This document shows positions 57,420 through 57,542 of a stretch of 57,542 bases of DNA, piece after piece. A program made the position numbers and the translations under genes. Location of the stretch: NCBI GenBank assembly GCA_021414205.1, contig JAIOOW010000002.1, forward strand, positions 155,520 through 213,061, in the 5' to 3' direction. The notes beneath the pieces are model-generated. The model had not been told where the DNA came from, made no database searches, and saw only the letters and a program-made list of their open reading frames with translations. This stretch comes from Candidatus Anderseniibacteriota bacterium. GTDB lineage: Bacteria; Patescibacteriota; Andersenbacteria; UBA10190. Numbering within the stretch: the first letter of the stretch is position 1; every line of letters starts with the position of its first letter.

Positions 57420-57542
57420 ATGGATACAACACTTCAGATTCGCGAAGCTAACGTTACAGACATATCACATCTCATACGCCTAACGCTTGAACTTGCTCAC
57501 GACACAGGGGCTCACTTAAACAGAAGGGTTCTAGAGAATGGT
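57420..57542 (+). CDS. Probable GNAT acetyltransferase, N-terminal fragment (runs off the window)
   Basis: AAGGA SD, then MDTTLQIREANVTDISHLIRLTLELAHDTG, matching the GNAT IR.A...D...I start. Confidence 0.55.
   Translation, partial: MDTTLQIREANVTDISHLIRLTLELAHDTGAHLNRRVLENG

Overview
A 57.5-kb chromosomal segment from a reduced-genome bacterium, most likely Patescibacteria/CPR. That assignment is inferred from gene content, the homodimeric GlyRS, the type-2 IleRS and frequent near-leaderless starts. The left half is mostly housekeeping: mfd (partial), dprA, topA, parAB, tRNA-Leu(CAA), idi, mutY, ugd, leuS, rarA, tatD, ppa, an M16 peptidase, glyQS, tgt, recO, ileS, argS and uppP. The right half is accessory. 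It holds a MarR-controlled efflux operon, two beta-propeller proteins, a coiled-coil/C39-like protein with a holin-like gene, a GC-rich islet, a RiPP-like cluster and several ORFans. The strongest novel-system candidate is the cluster at 45459-51690. It encodes a PqqD/RRE protein carrying its own lasso-type YxxPxL leader and a short core-like tail, an HPr-kinase-like kinase, a nucleotidyltransferase, three GT2 glycosyltransferases and an ABC exporter, but no lasso cyclase or B2 protease. Other notable signals are three ORF-less structured transcription units (about 27185-27316, 27330-27792 and 53188-53317) and a 39-bp repeat bracketing two ORFan genes at 55667-57313. There is also a stand-alone sigma70-region-4 protein, a TGT lacking all four Zn ligands and a degenerate stand-alone PurH IMP-cyclohydrolase domain. 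I found no rRNA, CRISPR array or transposase. All calls are by-eye motif recognition; no database searches were run.
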